The position numbers were made by a program, and so were the translations under genes. The notes below the pieces were generated by a model, which was not told the origin of the DNA, searched no databases, and was given only the letters and a program-made list of their open reading frames with translations. From Parcubacteria bacterium C7867-007 (GTDB lineage Bacteria; Patescibacteriota; Minisyncoccia; Phycocordibacterales; Phycocordibacteraceae), in NCBI GenBank assembly GCA_001189195.1, contig LFCQ01000003.1, forward strand, positions 141,645-205,644: a stretch of DNA of 64,000 nt. The letters are read 5' to 3'. Of the stretch, positions 19,264-28,224 are shown one piece after another. How positions within the stretch are numbered: position 1 is the stretch's first letter; each line of letters begins with the position of its first letter.

Positions 19264-19497
19264 ATGAAAACGCTACTTTTCGGTGCTCTCGCATTAGCTG
19301 CTGTTGTCGCTGCTCCAAGCGCTTCATACGCACTAACATATGCCTACGTTAACCAAAGCGGTGAAGTAATGACCATGGAGGCGGCAAACCCAAACCAGGC
19401 CATTATGACCGCCCCAAACATCGGACTTCACAGTGGTGTGATGCTGCTTACCGACAGCTCAGACCCCGTGATAGGTGATTCAGTAGACGGCGTCTAG
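19264..19497 (+). CDS. small secreted protein
   Basis: Signal peptide MKTLLFGALALAAVVAAPSASYA, 77 aa, followed by a strong terminator. Confidence 0.5.
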   Translation: MKTLLFGALALAAVVAAPSASYALTYAYVNQSGEVMTMEAANPNQAIMTAPNIGLHSGVMLLTDSSDPVIGDSVDGV

Positions 19498-19524
19498 CTC
19501 TTTCTGCTCTTTGGGTAGTACAAA

Positions 19525-19548
19525 GGGGGCCGGCTTCGCCGGCCCCCT
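19525..19548. terminator. strong hairpin terminator (GGGGGCCGGC-UUCG-GCCGGCCCCC)
   Basis: Perfect 10-bp GC stem with a UUCG tetraloop, flanked by gtacaaa/ttgtac. Confidence 0.7.
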
Positions 19549-19612
19549 TGTACATTTACTTCATGAAGAAATTGTTTTCTATTTTGGGCACCTTGATACA
19601 CTACTAACATAT

Positions 19613-20671
19613 ATGAAATACGCACCCCTACTTCTCATCCTCCTCATCAGTGTGCCGTTTGGTGCAGACGCAGCATCAAAAAGGCCATCATGTGAGCTTA
19701 CTGTTACGTCATCACATGGAGAAACATCATTTAGCAAAAAGGCTACCGTATTCGCCACCCAAGGCGAGACGATCACTCTTGCATGGGAGAGTGAGAATGC
19801 AACAAGTGCAAAAGATTCAGACGGCGAATCAATATCACGTTCTGGTTCTCGCTCAATAACAGTGACTGATGATGAGTCATACACATATACCTTTAATACG
19901 GGTAGCAAGAAGGTATCGTGTTCAGTGAACGTTCTCATTGCCGAGGGAGCATTTGATAGCAGCTCACTATCAAATGCTAGTGCAAAGCCCACCGTTACAG
20001 GCACTGCGGAAGGTACCAAGATTGTTCGTGTTGTTATTAGTGAAAAAGAGGGTAACCATATTGTCTTTACCAGCAAAGATATACGGGTGAAAAGAGGAGA
20101 GTGGTCTGTGAAGCTCAACAAGTCATTGGATAATGACACCTACGACATATCCTTATATGGCGATAAGCGGTACAAACTTAATAAGCTCGCAGATGGAACA
20201 TTGGGTATTGGAACGAAAGTGTCTGCTTCAGCAGGAACGGGCACAGGAAGTCTCAGCGCAAGCATGCTGCCACTTCTGAGTGGTGGGTCTGCAGGCCCAT
20301 ACGGTTCAGTACCTGTTGCATATCTCAAAGTCACTAATACAAGCCCATCAGTGGCATTTCTTGCAGGCGTAACCCTTAAACAAAATGGGAGCGCGAATGT
20401 ATCAAGTGTTACGAGCTTCAGTACCGTGGATGACAAAGCGCTCAACCGCTCAAGCGCTATAGCAAACTTTAGAAACAATGTTGCGTATATACCACTCAAC
20501 GCAAGTATTCTTGCTGGCCAGACCCGTATATACAGCATCAAGGCACAGCTTGGACAAAACCTCGCTCCAGGAGCATCACTTATACTTGATGTACAATCGC
20601 TTGATACAAAGAGTTCTCTGAACGCTTCACTCCCTCTACGGGGTGTTACGTGGGTACTTCGTGGCTATTAG
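19613..20671 (+). CDS. secreted Ser/Thr-rich beta-rich surface protein (hypothetical)
   Basis: Start at MKYAPLLLILLISVPFGADA (signal peptide). The upstream in-frame extension from 19511 overlaps the terminator, so I rejected it. No catalytic motif. Confidence 0.55.
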   Translation: MKYAPLLLILLISVPFGADAASKRPSCELTVTSSHGETSFSKKATVFATQGETITLAWESENATSAKDSDGESISRSGSRSITVTDDESYTYTFNTGSKKVSCSVNVLIAEGAFDSSSLSNASAKPTVTGTAEGTKIVRVVISEKEGNHIVFTSKDIRVKRGEWSVKLNKSLDNDTYDISLYGDKRYKLNKLADGTLGIGTKVSASAGTGTGSLSASMLPLLSGGSAGPYGSVPVAYLKVTNTSPSVAFLAGVTLKQNGSANVSSVTSFSTVDDKALNRSSAIANFRNNVAYIPLNASILAGQTRIYSIKAQLGQNLAPGASLILDVQSLDTKSSLNASLPLRGVTWVLRGY

Positions 20672-20746
20672 GCACTTCAGGCCGTTGTACGGAGTGCGAT
20701 TAGGATTTATCCTATAGGTATATTATCCAACGTTAGCTCTTTACTC

Positions 20747-21970
20747 ATGACTCGTACCACTATCTCTTCCGCTGCCGGAATTATGTTCTTCACCATTGCT
20801 GCAGTGGTGTCTGTTCCAACAACCTCAGAAGCAGCAACCAGCTGCACCTTCTCTCGAGATCTCGCACTTGGTGCTGAGGGTGAAGATGTGCGCTGTCTGC
20901 AGAAATACCTGAACGATTCAGGGTTCACCATCGCAGCAACGGGCGTGGGTTCTCCAGGGTACGAGACAACTCAGATGAAAGATCTAACGGTGAAGGCTCT
21001 CACCAAGTGGCAGGAAGCAAACAGCATCTCTCCTGCAACAGGAGCATTCGGTCCAAAGTCTCGTGCTGCATTTGCTGCACTTGCTGGTGGCGTAAGCAGT
21101 CCAAAGCCAACCACCACACCGACAACGGTTGATACAGAGGCAAAAACAAAGCTTGAAACCCTCCTCCTACAATTGAAAGCACTGCAAGCAGCAACACCTC
21201 CTGTTTCCAACACCCCAAAGCCAACCACAAGCAACTCTGGAGTACAGAAGACCATTCTAGATACCCTAGAGATGATTGATGATGCAGAGGATCAGATTGA
21301 TAAGGCAGCAACAGACGCAAACCTTATAAGTGCAAAGGAAGAACTGAGTGATGCTAAAGAGGATTTGTTTGATGCTATCCGCGCATACTTTAAGGGAGAC
21401 ATGACACGTGCTGCCAAAGATGCAGAGAACGCTCTTGATAATGCGCGTGATTCCTTTGAAGATGCGGGGGGTGAATCTGAGGACGATAAGGTAGAAAGGG
21501 ATCTCGATGACGTAGAAGAACTTATTGAGCAGGTAGAGGATGCCATCGATGATGCTGACGATGATGGCAAGAATGTATCTGAAGCACGAAAGCTTATAAA
21601 GAAGGCGCAGACAGAACTTGATAAGGGGTATACAGCGTACGAAGACGAAGAGTATGAGGAAGCTGAGGACCTTGCAGACGAAGCACGCGAACTAGCAAAC
21701 GATGCGGAAGATGAGATTGGAAGTGATAACAAAGCAGACGCAAAAGCTGAGATCCGTGATGCACAAGATGCTATTGATGATGCTGAAGCAGCAGTAGAAG
21801 ATGCAGAGGATGACGATGATGATATTGGAGATGCAAAGTCATACCTAAGCAAAGCAAAGAAAGCGCTTGATAATGCTGAAAATAGCTACGATGACGAAGA
21901 GTATGACGATGCAATTGAACATGCAGAGGATGCTCAGGATTACGCGAAGGATGCAGAAGACGAACTGTAG
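20747..21970 (+). CDS. secreted protein with a peptidoglycan-binding domain, Pro/Thr linker and highly acidic repetitive C-terminal region
   Basis: Signal peptide, then a PG_binding_1-like segment (CLQKYLNDSGFTIAATGVG...ALTKWQEANS), a PT-rich linker and about 230 aa of D/E-rich imperfect repeats (DDAEDxIDKA..., EDAEDDDDDIGDAK). Confidence 0.65.
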   Translation: MTRTTISSAAGIMFFTIAAVVSVPTTSEAATSCTFSRDLALGAEGEDVRCLQKYLNDSGFTIAATGVGSPGYETTQMKDLTVKALTKWQEANSISPATGAFGPKSRAAFAALAGGVSSPKPTTTPTTVDTEAKTKLETLLLQLKALQAATPPVSNTPKPTTSNSGVQKTILDTLEMIDDAEDQIDKAATDANLISAKEELSDAKEDLFDAIRAYFKGDMTRAAKDAENALDNARDSFEDAGGESEDDKVERDLDDVEELIEQVEDAIDDADDDGKNVSEARKLIKKAQTELDKGYTAYEDEEYEEAEDLADEARELANDAEDEIGSDNKADAKAEIRDAQDAIDDAEAAVEDAEDDDDDIGDAKSYLSKAKKALDNAENSYDDEEYDDAIEHAEDAQDYAKDAEDEL

Positions 21971-21984
21971 GGTATGCTGGGCTG

Positions 21985-22194
21985 ATGCAGGAAGTCGTAC
22001 ACAATAAGGTTAGTGAATACCGCACTGCGGCCAACATAACCCAGGAAGAACTTGCTGTAGCTATTGGAGTTAGCAGACAAACAGTCATAGCTATTGAAAA
22101 AGGGAACTATGCACCCTCAGTCTTGCTAGCACTTAAAATAGCGCGATACTTTAAGAAACCCCTTGAAACAATATTCACTCTCCGCCATGCCTAA
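21985..22194 (+). CDS. XRE-family (Cro/C1-type) HTH transcriptional regulator
   Basis: 69 aa. NITQEELAVAIGVSRQTVIAIEKGNYAPSVLLALKIARYF is a canonical Cro/C1 HTH. Confidence 0.8.
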   Translation: MQEVVHNKVSEYRTAANITQEELAVAIGVSRQTVIAIEKGNYAPSVLLALKIARYFKKPLETIFTLRHA

Positions 22195-22552
22195 CGCCAT
22201 GACTCTCCAGGTACTTTCCAGTCTTGTGCTTTTTGCACTAGGCGTTGCATTCCTTAATCCCTTTCATCTGTGGATGACCACCATGACTCATATGGTCATA
22301 TTAGGGTTCCTCGTTGCTGCATTCGGGGTATTCGCCGCACTACTTCTTCGTGAGCAAGCAGGGGATGAGCGAGAAACAACACACCGTATGCTTGCAGGAC
22401 GTGGCGCATTCTTAGTGGGCGCCACTATTCTCTTGGTGGGTATTGTTTGGCAAGCCTATACAGGTTCGGTAGACACATGGCTTGTTCTCGCCTTGTGTGG
22501 CATGGTGTTAGCCAAAACCGCTATTCGCTTCTACGGAGATCGCCGGATGTAG
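22187..22552 (+). CDS. membrane protein partner of the XRE regulator (DUF2975-like arrangement)
   Basis: 4 TM helices, overlaps the XRE stop. The start is ambiguous (22163, 22187 or 22199). Confidence 0.5.
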   Translation: MPNAMTLQVLSSLVLFALGVAFLNPFHLWMTTMTHMVILGFLVAAFGVFAALLLREQAGDERETTHRMLAGRGAFLVGATILLVGIVWQAYTGSVDTWLVLALCGMVLAKTAIRFYGDRRM

Positions 22553-22631
22553 CTGGGGATAAACATGTAAAGTAGACTTTACATGCATTCATAAAGGGAT
22601 ATCATATATTCATTAGCTACTAAGCAATTTT

Positions 22632-22910
22632 ATGATGAACAAGCAAGCAATCTGGATCGTACTTATTATTATCGTTCTTGTCGGAGGTGCAGCGGCATAC
22701 GCGATGAGCGAAAAGTCCAAGATGGAAAAGATGGAGGCAGAAAAAATGATGATGGAGGGTGATGCAATGATGGCAAGCACCTCAGATGCGATGATGCAGG
22801 GAGAAGACAAAATGATGCAGGGTGATGCAATGATGAAAGCCGAAGGCACGATGATGAAAGGAGACGATGCCATGATGAAGGCAGAGGGCGGTGCGATGAT
22901 GGCTCAGTAA
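22632..22910 (+). CDS. secreted methionine-rich repeat protein (~24% Met)
   Basis: N-terminal TM/signal IWIVLIIIVLVGGAAAYA followed by tandem GDAMM(K/A)xEG-type repeats. About 22 Met in 92 aa, and the nucleotide sequence shows tandem 27-30 nt repeats. Confidence 0.6.
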   Translation: MMNKQAIWIVLIIIVLVGGAAAYAMSEKSKMEKMEAEKMMMEGDAMMASTSDAMMQGEDKMMQGDAMMKAEGTMMKGDDAMMKAEGGAMMAQ

Positions 22911-22916
22911 CACACA

Positions 22917-24659
22917 ATGACACTCCTCTTCATATCGTTCATAGCGGGGTTGCTAACGGTGCTTGCACCCTGCATTCTGCCGCTATTGCCGGTAGTGGTG
23001 GGGAGTTCAGCCGCAGGGCGCAGCCGCCTCACTCCCTACGTGGTAGTGGGGTCGCTTGCGGTATCAGTGATCCTGTTTACCTACCTCCTAAAGGTATCGA
23101 CCGCATTCATTACGATCCCACCCTATGTGTGGACGATCATTTCTGGTGGTGTACTGATCTTCTTTGGTCTAACGCTCGTATTTCCCGCACTGTGGGAAAG
23201 AATTCCTGGAGTTGCAAAACTTTCTAGCGAAGGCAACAAGCTGGCAGGGAAAGGGTACCAGAAAAAGAGCTTTGCCGGTGACGTACTCATTGGAGCTGCA
23301 CTTGGTCCTGTGTTCTCAAGTTGTTCACCAACGTACTTTGTGATCCTTGCATCGGTACTCCCTGCAAGTTTCGCACTGGGTACTCTGTATTTGCTCGCGT
23401 ACGTGTCAGGTCTTTCAATCTCACTCCTTGCCATCGCGCTTCTTGGTCAGCGGTTTGCAGATAAACTTTCTGGAATTGCTGATCCTAAGTCTCGTGTAAA
23501 ACGTACAATCGGTGTCCTCTTCGTTATATTAGGCCTCCTTATCGTCACAGGTATCGAGAAGAAAATCGAAGCAGGCATTATAACAAGTGGTTTCTTTGAC
23601 ATTACGAAAGTTGAGCAGTTCCTCTTGAAAGCATCAGATGGTATGGGTATGGAAAACAAGGGTACCGCAATCGGTATGCTCACCCAGGGTGAGAAAGCAA
23701 TGCGTTATCAGGAGGTTCCTGAACTAGTGTCTCCGGACACATACCTAAACACAGGTGGTCAATCTATTAACCTCGCACAATACAAGGGTAACAGTGTGGT
23801 ACTTGTCGACTTCTGGACATATAGCTGTATTAACTGCCAACGTACAACTCCATACCTCACTCAGTGGCATGGAAAATATAAAGATAAGGGTCTCGTAATT
23901 ATCGGTGTACACACTCCAGAATTTGCCTTCGAGAAAGATAAGACAAACGTGGAGAAGGCTCTTAAGGAGTTCGGTATCGAATACCCGGTTATTCTTGATA
24001 ATGAATACAAGACTTGGAATGCCTTTGGTAACCGTTATTGGCCACATAAATATCTAATCGATATCGATGGATACATTGTGTATGACCACATAGGGGAAGG
24101 GGAGTATGACGTAACTGAAAAGGCGATTCAGGCAGCACTTGCAGAACGAGCAGCACGTCTTGGAGAATCTGTAGACAGTATTGACTCAGGCATTGTGTCT
24201 GTAGACGGAGTCGAGGGTTCACGTGCACAGAGTCCAGAAACGTATTTTGGTAGCGACCGCAATCAATACCTCAGCAATGGTATGTCGCGAAGACAGGGGA
24301 TTCAGACCCTTACCTTCCCAACCACCAATACACTCAATGCGCTATTCCTGCAGGGGGTATGGAATTTCTCTCCTGAGTATGCGGTCCCGGCATCTGGTGC
24401 CCGTGTCCGCTACACATACAATGCACGCGACATATACTTTGTTGCGAGCGCATCATCACCCGTAACAATCAAGGTACTGCGGGATGGTGAACCCGTAGGA
24501 ACCTTCGCAGGAAGTGATGTCGATCCAAAGACTTCAACCGTCACGGTTAACCGAGATGGTCTCTATAAGCTCATCCATGATGAGTCAGTAGGTGTTCACA
24601 CTATTGAACTAATCATTAATGGTGACGGTCTAAAAGCATTCACGTTCACGTTTGGATAA
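22917..24659 (+). CDS. CcdA/DsbD-like membrane thiol-disulfide transporter fused to a TlpA/ResA-like thioredoxin domain and a C-terminal beta domain
   Basis: CcdA conserved cysteines (LAPCILPLLP and GPVFSSCSPTY), about 6 TM helices, and the thioredoxin WCxxC motif in DFWTYSCINCQRT. Confidence 0.78.
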   Translation: MTLLFISFIAGLLTVLAPCILPLLPVVVGSSAAGRSRLTPYVVVGSLAVSVILFTYLLKVSTAFITIPPYVWTIISGGVLIFFGLTLVFPALWERIPGVAKLSSEGNKLAGKGYQKKSFAGDVLIGAALGPVFSSCSPTYFVILASVLPASFALGTLYLLAYVSGLSISLLAIALLGQRFADKLSGIADPKSRVKRTIGVLFVILGLLIVTGIEKKIEAGIITSGFFDITKVEQFLLKASDGMGMENKGTAIGMLTQGEKAMRYQEVPELVSPDTYLNTGGQSINLAQYKGNSVVLVDFWTYSCINCQRTTPYLTQWHGKYKDKGLVIIGVHTPEFAFEKDKTNVEKALKEFGIEYPVILDNEYKTWNAFGNRYWPHKYLIDIDGYIVYDHIGEGEYDVTEKAIQAALAERAARLGESVDSIDSGIVSVDGVEGSRAQSPETYFGSDRNQYLSNGMSRRQGIQTLTFPTTNTLNALFLQGVWNFSPEYAVPASGARVRYTYNARDIYFVASASSPVTIKVLRDGEPVGTFAGSDVDPKTSTVTVNRDGLYKLIHDESVGVHTIELIINGDGLKAFTFTFG

Positions 24660-24727
24660 CTAATTTCTTGGGTTCTTGTACACACCGCACCCTTAGTGCG
24701 GTGTTTGCGTACTATAGAATAAGAACT

Positions 24728-24961
24728 ATGAAGAATACTAAACGAAGGGAGGGTCGTACGTGGACGATGCTCAAAAGATTGGTCTCACCAAAGACCCCTC
24801 TTGGCGGCGCACTGATCGGTGGTGCCTGTGTGGTTCTATTATTCATATCGTATTCACTTGTCAGTGGACAAAGTCCTGAGGAATCTCGTACTAAGTTCGT
24901 AGAGAAGTATCAGTCTATTAACCAGACTGCATATCGTGCCTCTGCAAAGAATTCCCGTTAA
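24728..24961 (+). CDS. small membrane-anchored hypothetical protein
   Basis: Weak RBS. One TM helix (LGGALIGGACVVLLFISYSLV). Immediately upstream of the pilin gene. Confidence 0.3.
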   Translation: MKNTKRREGRTWTMLKRLVSPKTPLGGALIGGACVVLLFISYSLVSGQSPEESRTKFVEKYQSINQTAYRASAKNSR

Positions 24962-24965
24962 TACT

Positions 24966-25691
24966 ATGAAAAAAACTCTACGAAGTAATCGCGGCTTTAC
25001 ACTCATTGAACTCTTGGTGGTGATTTCGATCATTTCACTGGTAGCAAGCCTTACCTTTGCAAACATAACTAGCGCTCGTACAAAGGCACTTGATACTCGC
25101 AAGAAGGCAGACCTCACCACCATTCGTACGGCGATTCAGTCATACACCTTGGATAAGGGTCGTGCTCCAAACAACTATGATTGCACGGGTGGTACCTGTG
25201 TGGTCAACAATGCACGCACAACCATTGCTATTGAAGATGCTCCTGGTGCAGCAGCAACCGAAAGCGGCCAAGCATACAATGCAGCAATGCAGGAGCTTGT
25301 CACCAACAAGTATCTTCCCGCAGTACCACGATCCCCGGGTGGTGCAGGCTACGCCTATTACAACTATGGTTCAGGCACTTCTGCAGGAGCCGTAATTGCA
25401 ACATCACTTGATGCTGAGGTTGCTTCTGAAAAAGGTGCAACGGGTAGCTGTCGCCCATTCCCTGGAGCTGGTGGTAGCGGTTCAGGTGGTGAGATAGGGG
25501 GAGGTGGTGGAGGAGGGGGAGGTTTTGAACTAGACCCCCTTGATCCAGGTGAACTGGGTGGAGACATCTGCTTGTACTTTGATGGTGATGTTCTGTATGA
25601 AGGACCCTGTCCTCTTGGCTTTGACTCAGATGCACCAAACATCTGCAGCGCATCACTCTCGAAAGACTTTTGTCTCTGCAGCACGTACTAA
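24966..25691 (+). CDS. type IV pilin/pseudopilin (prepilin-type N-terminal cleavage/methylation domain)
   Basis: MKKTLRSNRG|FTLIELLVVISIISLVA class III signal. Has a Gly run (GGGGGGGGG) and a Cys-rich C-terminus. Confidence 0.8.
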   Translation: MKKTLRSNRGFTLIELLVVISIISLVASLTFANITSARTKALDTRKKADLTTIRTAIQSYTLDKGRAPNNYDCTGGTCVVNNARTTIAIEDAPGAAATESGQAYNAAMQELVTNKYLPAVPRSPGGAGYAYYNYGSGTSAGAVIATSLDAEVASEKGATGSCRPFPGAGGSGSGGEIGGGGGGGGGFELDPLDPGELGGDICLYFDGDVLYEGPCPLGFDSDAPNICSASLSKDFCLCSTY

Positions 25692-25702
25692 AGAGTTAAA
25701 AA

Positions 25703-25741
25703 CAAAAGAACCTAGTTATGCTAGGTTCTTTTGTTTTTTAT
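25703..25741 (+). terminator. rho-independent terminator after the pilin gene
   Basis: Perfect 13-bp stem caaaagaacctag/ctaggttcttttg with loop ttatg, followed by ttttttat. Confidence 0.8.
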
Positions 25742-25791
25742 AGACGAGAATGATTGTTCTATGCTCTAATACTTTTGGAAAGGAGATCGTT

Positions 25792-26028
25792 ATGGGCTCA
25801 TGGAAAAATGCACACACCAGCGCACTCCGGGCTAGGGATGCTCTTCAAGGACCGCACCAGGTCGCACACCATGCACCAGGACGTATTACAGACTTCGCCA
25901 TCGGTGATTTGGTTCGCGTTGTAAAGACTGGTGTCACCGCACGAGTGACAGGCAAGACATCCTGGGGTGACCATTATCTCGAGGGACTTCCTAACTTCTA
26001 CTCGGGCTCTCAGCTAGAGAAGGCCTGA
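25792..26028 (+). CDS. small hypothetical protein (78 aa)
   Basis: AAGGAG 7 nt upstream of ATG. Moderately GC-rich. Contains a GDLVRVVKTGVTARVTGKT segment. An 11-bp-stem terminator follows at 26043-26069. Confidence 0.45.
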   Translation: MGSWKNAHTSALRARDALQGPHQVAHHAPGRITDFAIGDLVRVVKTGVTARVTGKTSWGDHYLEGLPNFYSGSQLEKA

Positions 26029-26173
26029 GAAGATGACCAGAATCCCTGGTATGGGCGCCTTTGCTCAACAAAGGCGCCCTCTATCGTCACTTTTGACTTT
26101 CTATAAAAAATCATTATTATAAGTTTCAGTACCAGAGTTCCTATCAACAACATAGACCGAAAGGACATGCTTG

Positions 26174-27622
26174 ATGCACCGCATCATTCCCGATTGGACC
26201 AGATGGGCGGTACCCATACTAGGGATACTTTCCATTCTGGTCTTTGTGCCCTCGCTGATCTACTTCAGCCGGGCAAACGATCACCAGGACTACAGCAAGG
26301 TTCCTGCACTCACCCCAGCACAATACACTGCTGAGGTGAAGGCAATCGTTGCCGCTACATACGCGGCTCCGACTGAGGACCCTGCGGACTACTACCGTAC
26401 GGCGATTCGCGCTCAGAACTTCAACGTTATGGAGGAGCGCTTCCGTCGTGATCACCCTGCCGAATGGCAGAGACTCGCGCACAAGCGTTCCGCCAGCATG
26501 ACGTTCAACGTCGGGCTCTTGATGAATGAGTACGAACAGAAGTTCGGCCATTCAACAATGGTGGATACTGCGGACCGTATGCGTCCGTGGATGAACGAGC
26601 AGATCGGATCGATTTCAGCACCCCCGGACCAAGTCCGGCTGGACAAGGCAGGCTGGTGGTTCGTTCGTGGATACATCATGTGTGTTCTGCTCAGCGTGCT
26701 GTTCTACATGGCGCGTCTCAAGCAGGAAGGCATGCTGATCTGGCCCGAGATGACCACAGGCTTCCTGTTCTTGGCCGCGTTCACTGGCCTTGGCGTCGTC
26801 ATGATCTACCCTCGGAACATCGATCCAATCGTGCAGATCAAGCGGGCCTGGCGATTCATCGCTGGTCTCGCTGCTGGTTCCATCTCGCTTGCGGGAATGG
26901 CTGGCATGGCTAACGCGCGAGAACGTCTGGAAAGCAGCGCGGCCGAGAACGCCAAGGTGTTTATCCTTCCGTTCGTTCCGATGCCTGAGTTCTCGTTCTC
27001 AAGTGGTGTCATGTCGTCAAAGGTGACTGGCAACGGCACCCGCGTCAACGATGGCATCACGTACACCGGTGGTGTGCACGCAGCCTTCGCTGGTGGCGTG
27101 GACTTGGATCTGTCCGGCACCAGGCAAGCTACGGGCAACGCGTCGGATGAGATCGACTACACCATCTCGAAGACGATGAAAGGAAAGGCAGGGTCGGTTA
27201 CGGCCGGCTTCGCCTATTTCGATATCGTCCCGGTGGGCAGAAGCAAGGGAGGCGACATGATCTCCCCCTTCATCAGTCTCGAGCACAAGCTCGGGTACGG
27301 CCTGACGGCCTTCGCGAAGGCGGACGGATACTTCCTAACGCACGGACCTCCAACCAACAATGGCTTCGACGTGATTGCCGGACTCAAGGGAAGCACGCAA
27401 GTGCGCTCTCTGAGGTTCGATCACTCCGTCTCGGCCGTTCTGAGCGACGGTCCGTTCGGACAGTCTGCAGGCACGACCCTGCGCTTCGACGAGGCAATCT
27501 CAGTGCCCGTCACAAAGCGTCTGCGGGCTTCCACCAATTTCAAGCTCTTCGTTCCTATCCAAGGATCGAAAGGTCGAGAAATGGACGTCTCTGGCGGCCT
27601 CGGTCTGAACTACGCGTTCTAA
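26174..27622 (+). CDS. GC-rich (~58%) hypothetical membrane protein with a beta-rich C-terminal domain ending in an OMP-like aromatic residue
   Basis: AAAGGA RBS. N-terminal TM plus three central TM helices. The C-terminal ~230 aa show alternating hydrophobic beta pattern and end in GLGLNYAF. GC3-rich codons. Confidence 0.55.
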   Translation: MHRIIPDWTRWAVPILGILSILVFVPSLIYFSRANDHQDYSKVPALTPAQYTAEVKAIVAATYAAPTEDPADYYRTAIRAQNFNVMEERFRRDHPAEWQRLAHKRSASMTFNVGLLMNEYEQKFGHSTMVDTADRMRPWMNEQIGSISAPPDQVRLDKAGWWFVRGYIMCVLLSVLFYMARLKQEGMLIWPEMTTGFLFLAAFTGLGVVMIYPRNIDPIVQIKRAWRFIAGLAAGSISLAGMAGMANARERLESSAAENAKVFILPFVPMPEFSFSSGVMSSKVTGNGTRVNDGITYTGGVHAAFAGGVDLDLSGTRQATGNASDEIDYTISKTMKGKAGSVTAGFAYFDIVPVGRSKGGDMISPFISLEHKLGYGLTAFAKADGYFLTHGPPTNNGFDVIAGLKGSTQVRSLRFDHSVSAVLSDGPFGQSAGTTLRFDEAISVPVTKRLRASTNFKLFVPIQGSKGREMDVSGGLGLNYAF

Positions 27623-27645
27623 CCGATCAACAGCTTCGACTACTG

Positions 27646-27681
27646 ATCTACTTGGGCCCGGCAACAAAAGCCGGGCCCTTT
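27646..27681 (+). terminator. rho-independent terminator
   Basis: gggcccggc-aacaaaa-gccgggccc followed by ttttcattta. Confidence 0.7.
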
Positions 27682-27894
27682 TCATTTATATACACACAAG
27701 AAAAGAGGGAAGTGAGCTCCCCTATCCGAGATAAAATGTGGCCCACTTTATAAATAGGATTGGGAGGGAAGCCGATCTCGGATAGACACACTGGCATCCG
27801 AGATTAATAAACAATAGCAATGTCCTGGTCAGGAGGGTCTGCAGGGAGGTACTCAGTACTTCGTAGATGATAAAGAAGGGACAATGATCAAGTC

Positions 27895-28113
27895 ATGAGC
27901 TCAATCCAGCCGCATTTGTATATGTGGGACGTGAAAGATATATTGTACGACGTACTAGTATCAAAGGCCCCTGCTGATTCAATAAAGAAATTTACTCCAA
28001 CCAACTTCTGTACTTTGTGCCCTTCTCTTCCCTGTTACGGGTGTGCGGTCATCGGAGATGAACTTGCTCACGTCTATGCAAAATATTTCTGTATCACTAA
28101 TTTCACAAAATGA
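27895..28113 (+). CDS. possible small Cys-rich ORF in a long AT-rich intergenic region (low confidence)
   Basis: 72-aa ORF containing CTLCPSLPCYGC. Weak RBS, so it may be non-coding. Confidence 0.2.
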   Translation: MSSIQPHLYMWDVKDILYDVLVSKAPADSIKKFTPTNFCTLCPSLPCYGCAVIGDELAHVYAKYFCITNFTK

Positions 28114-28185
28114 ACCACTTCCCCGAAAATCACTTTTTACCGGTGGGGAAGACCTTATATAGGTAATTTATAAAATGAGAAAAGG

Positions 28186-28216
28186 GAGCGTCCGCTCCCC
28201 TGCTCTCTGCCTTTTA
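28186..28216 (-). terminator. rho-independent terminator for the LOG-family gene
   Basis: Minus-strand read gggagcggacgctccc followed by ttttctcatttt. Confidence 0.6.
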
Positions 28217-28224
28217 TGAAGACT

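Noticed and set aside
21292-21852. 186-aa Ser/Ala-rich minus-strand ORF
   Set aside because: It is the antisense reading of the GAT/GAA-rich acidic repeat region of the peptidoglycan-binding protein.
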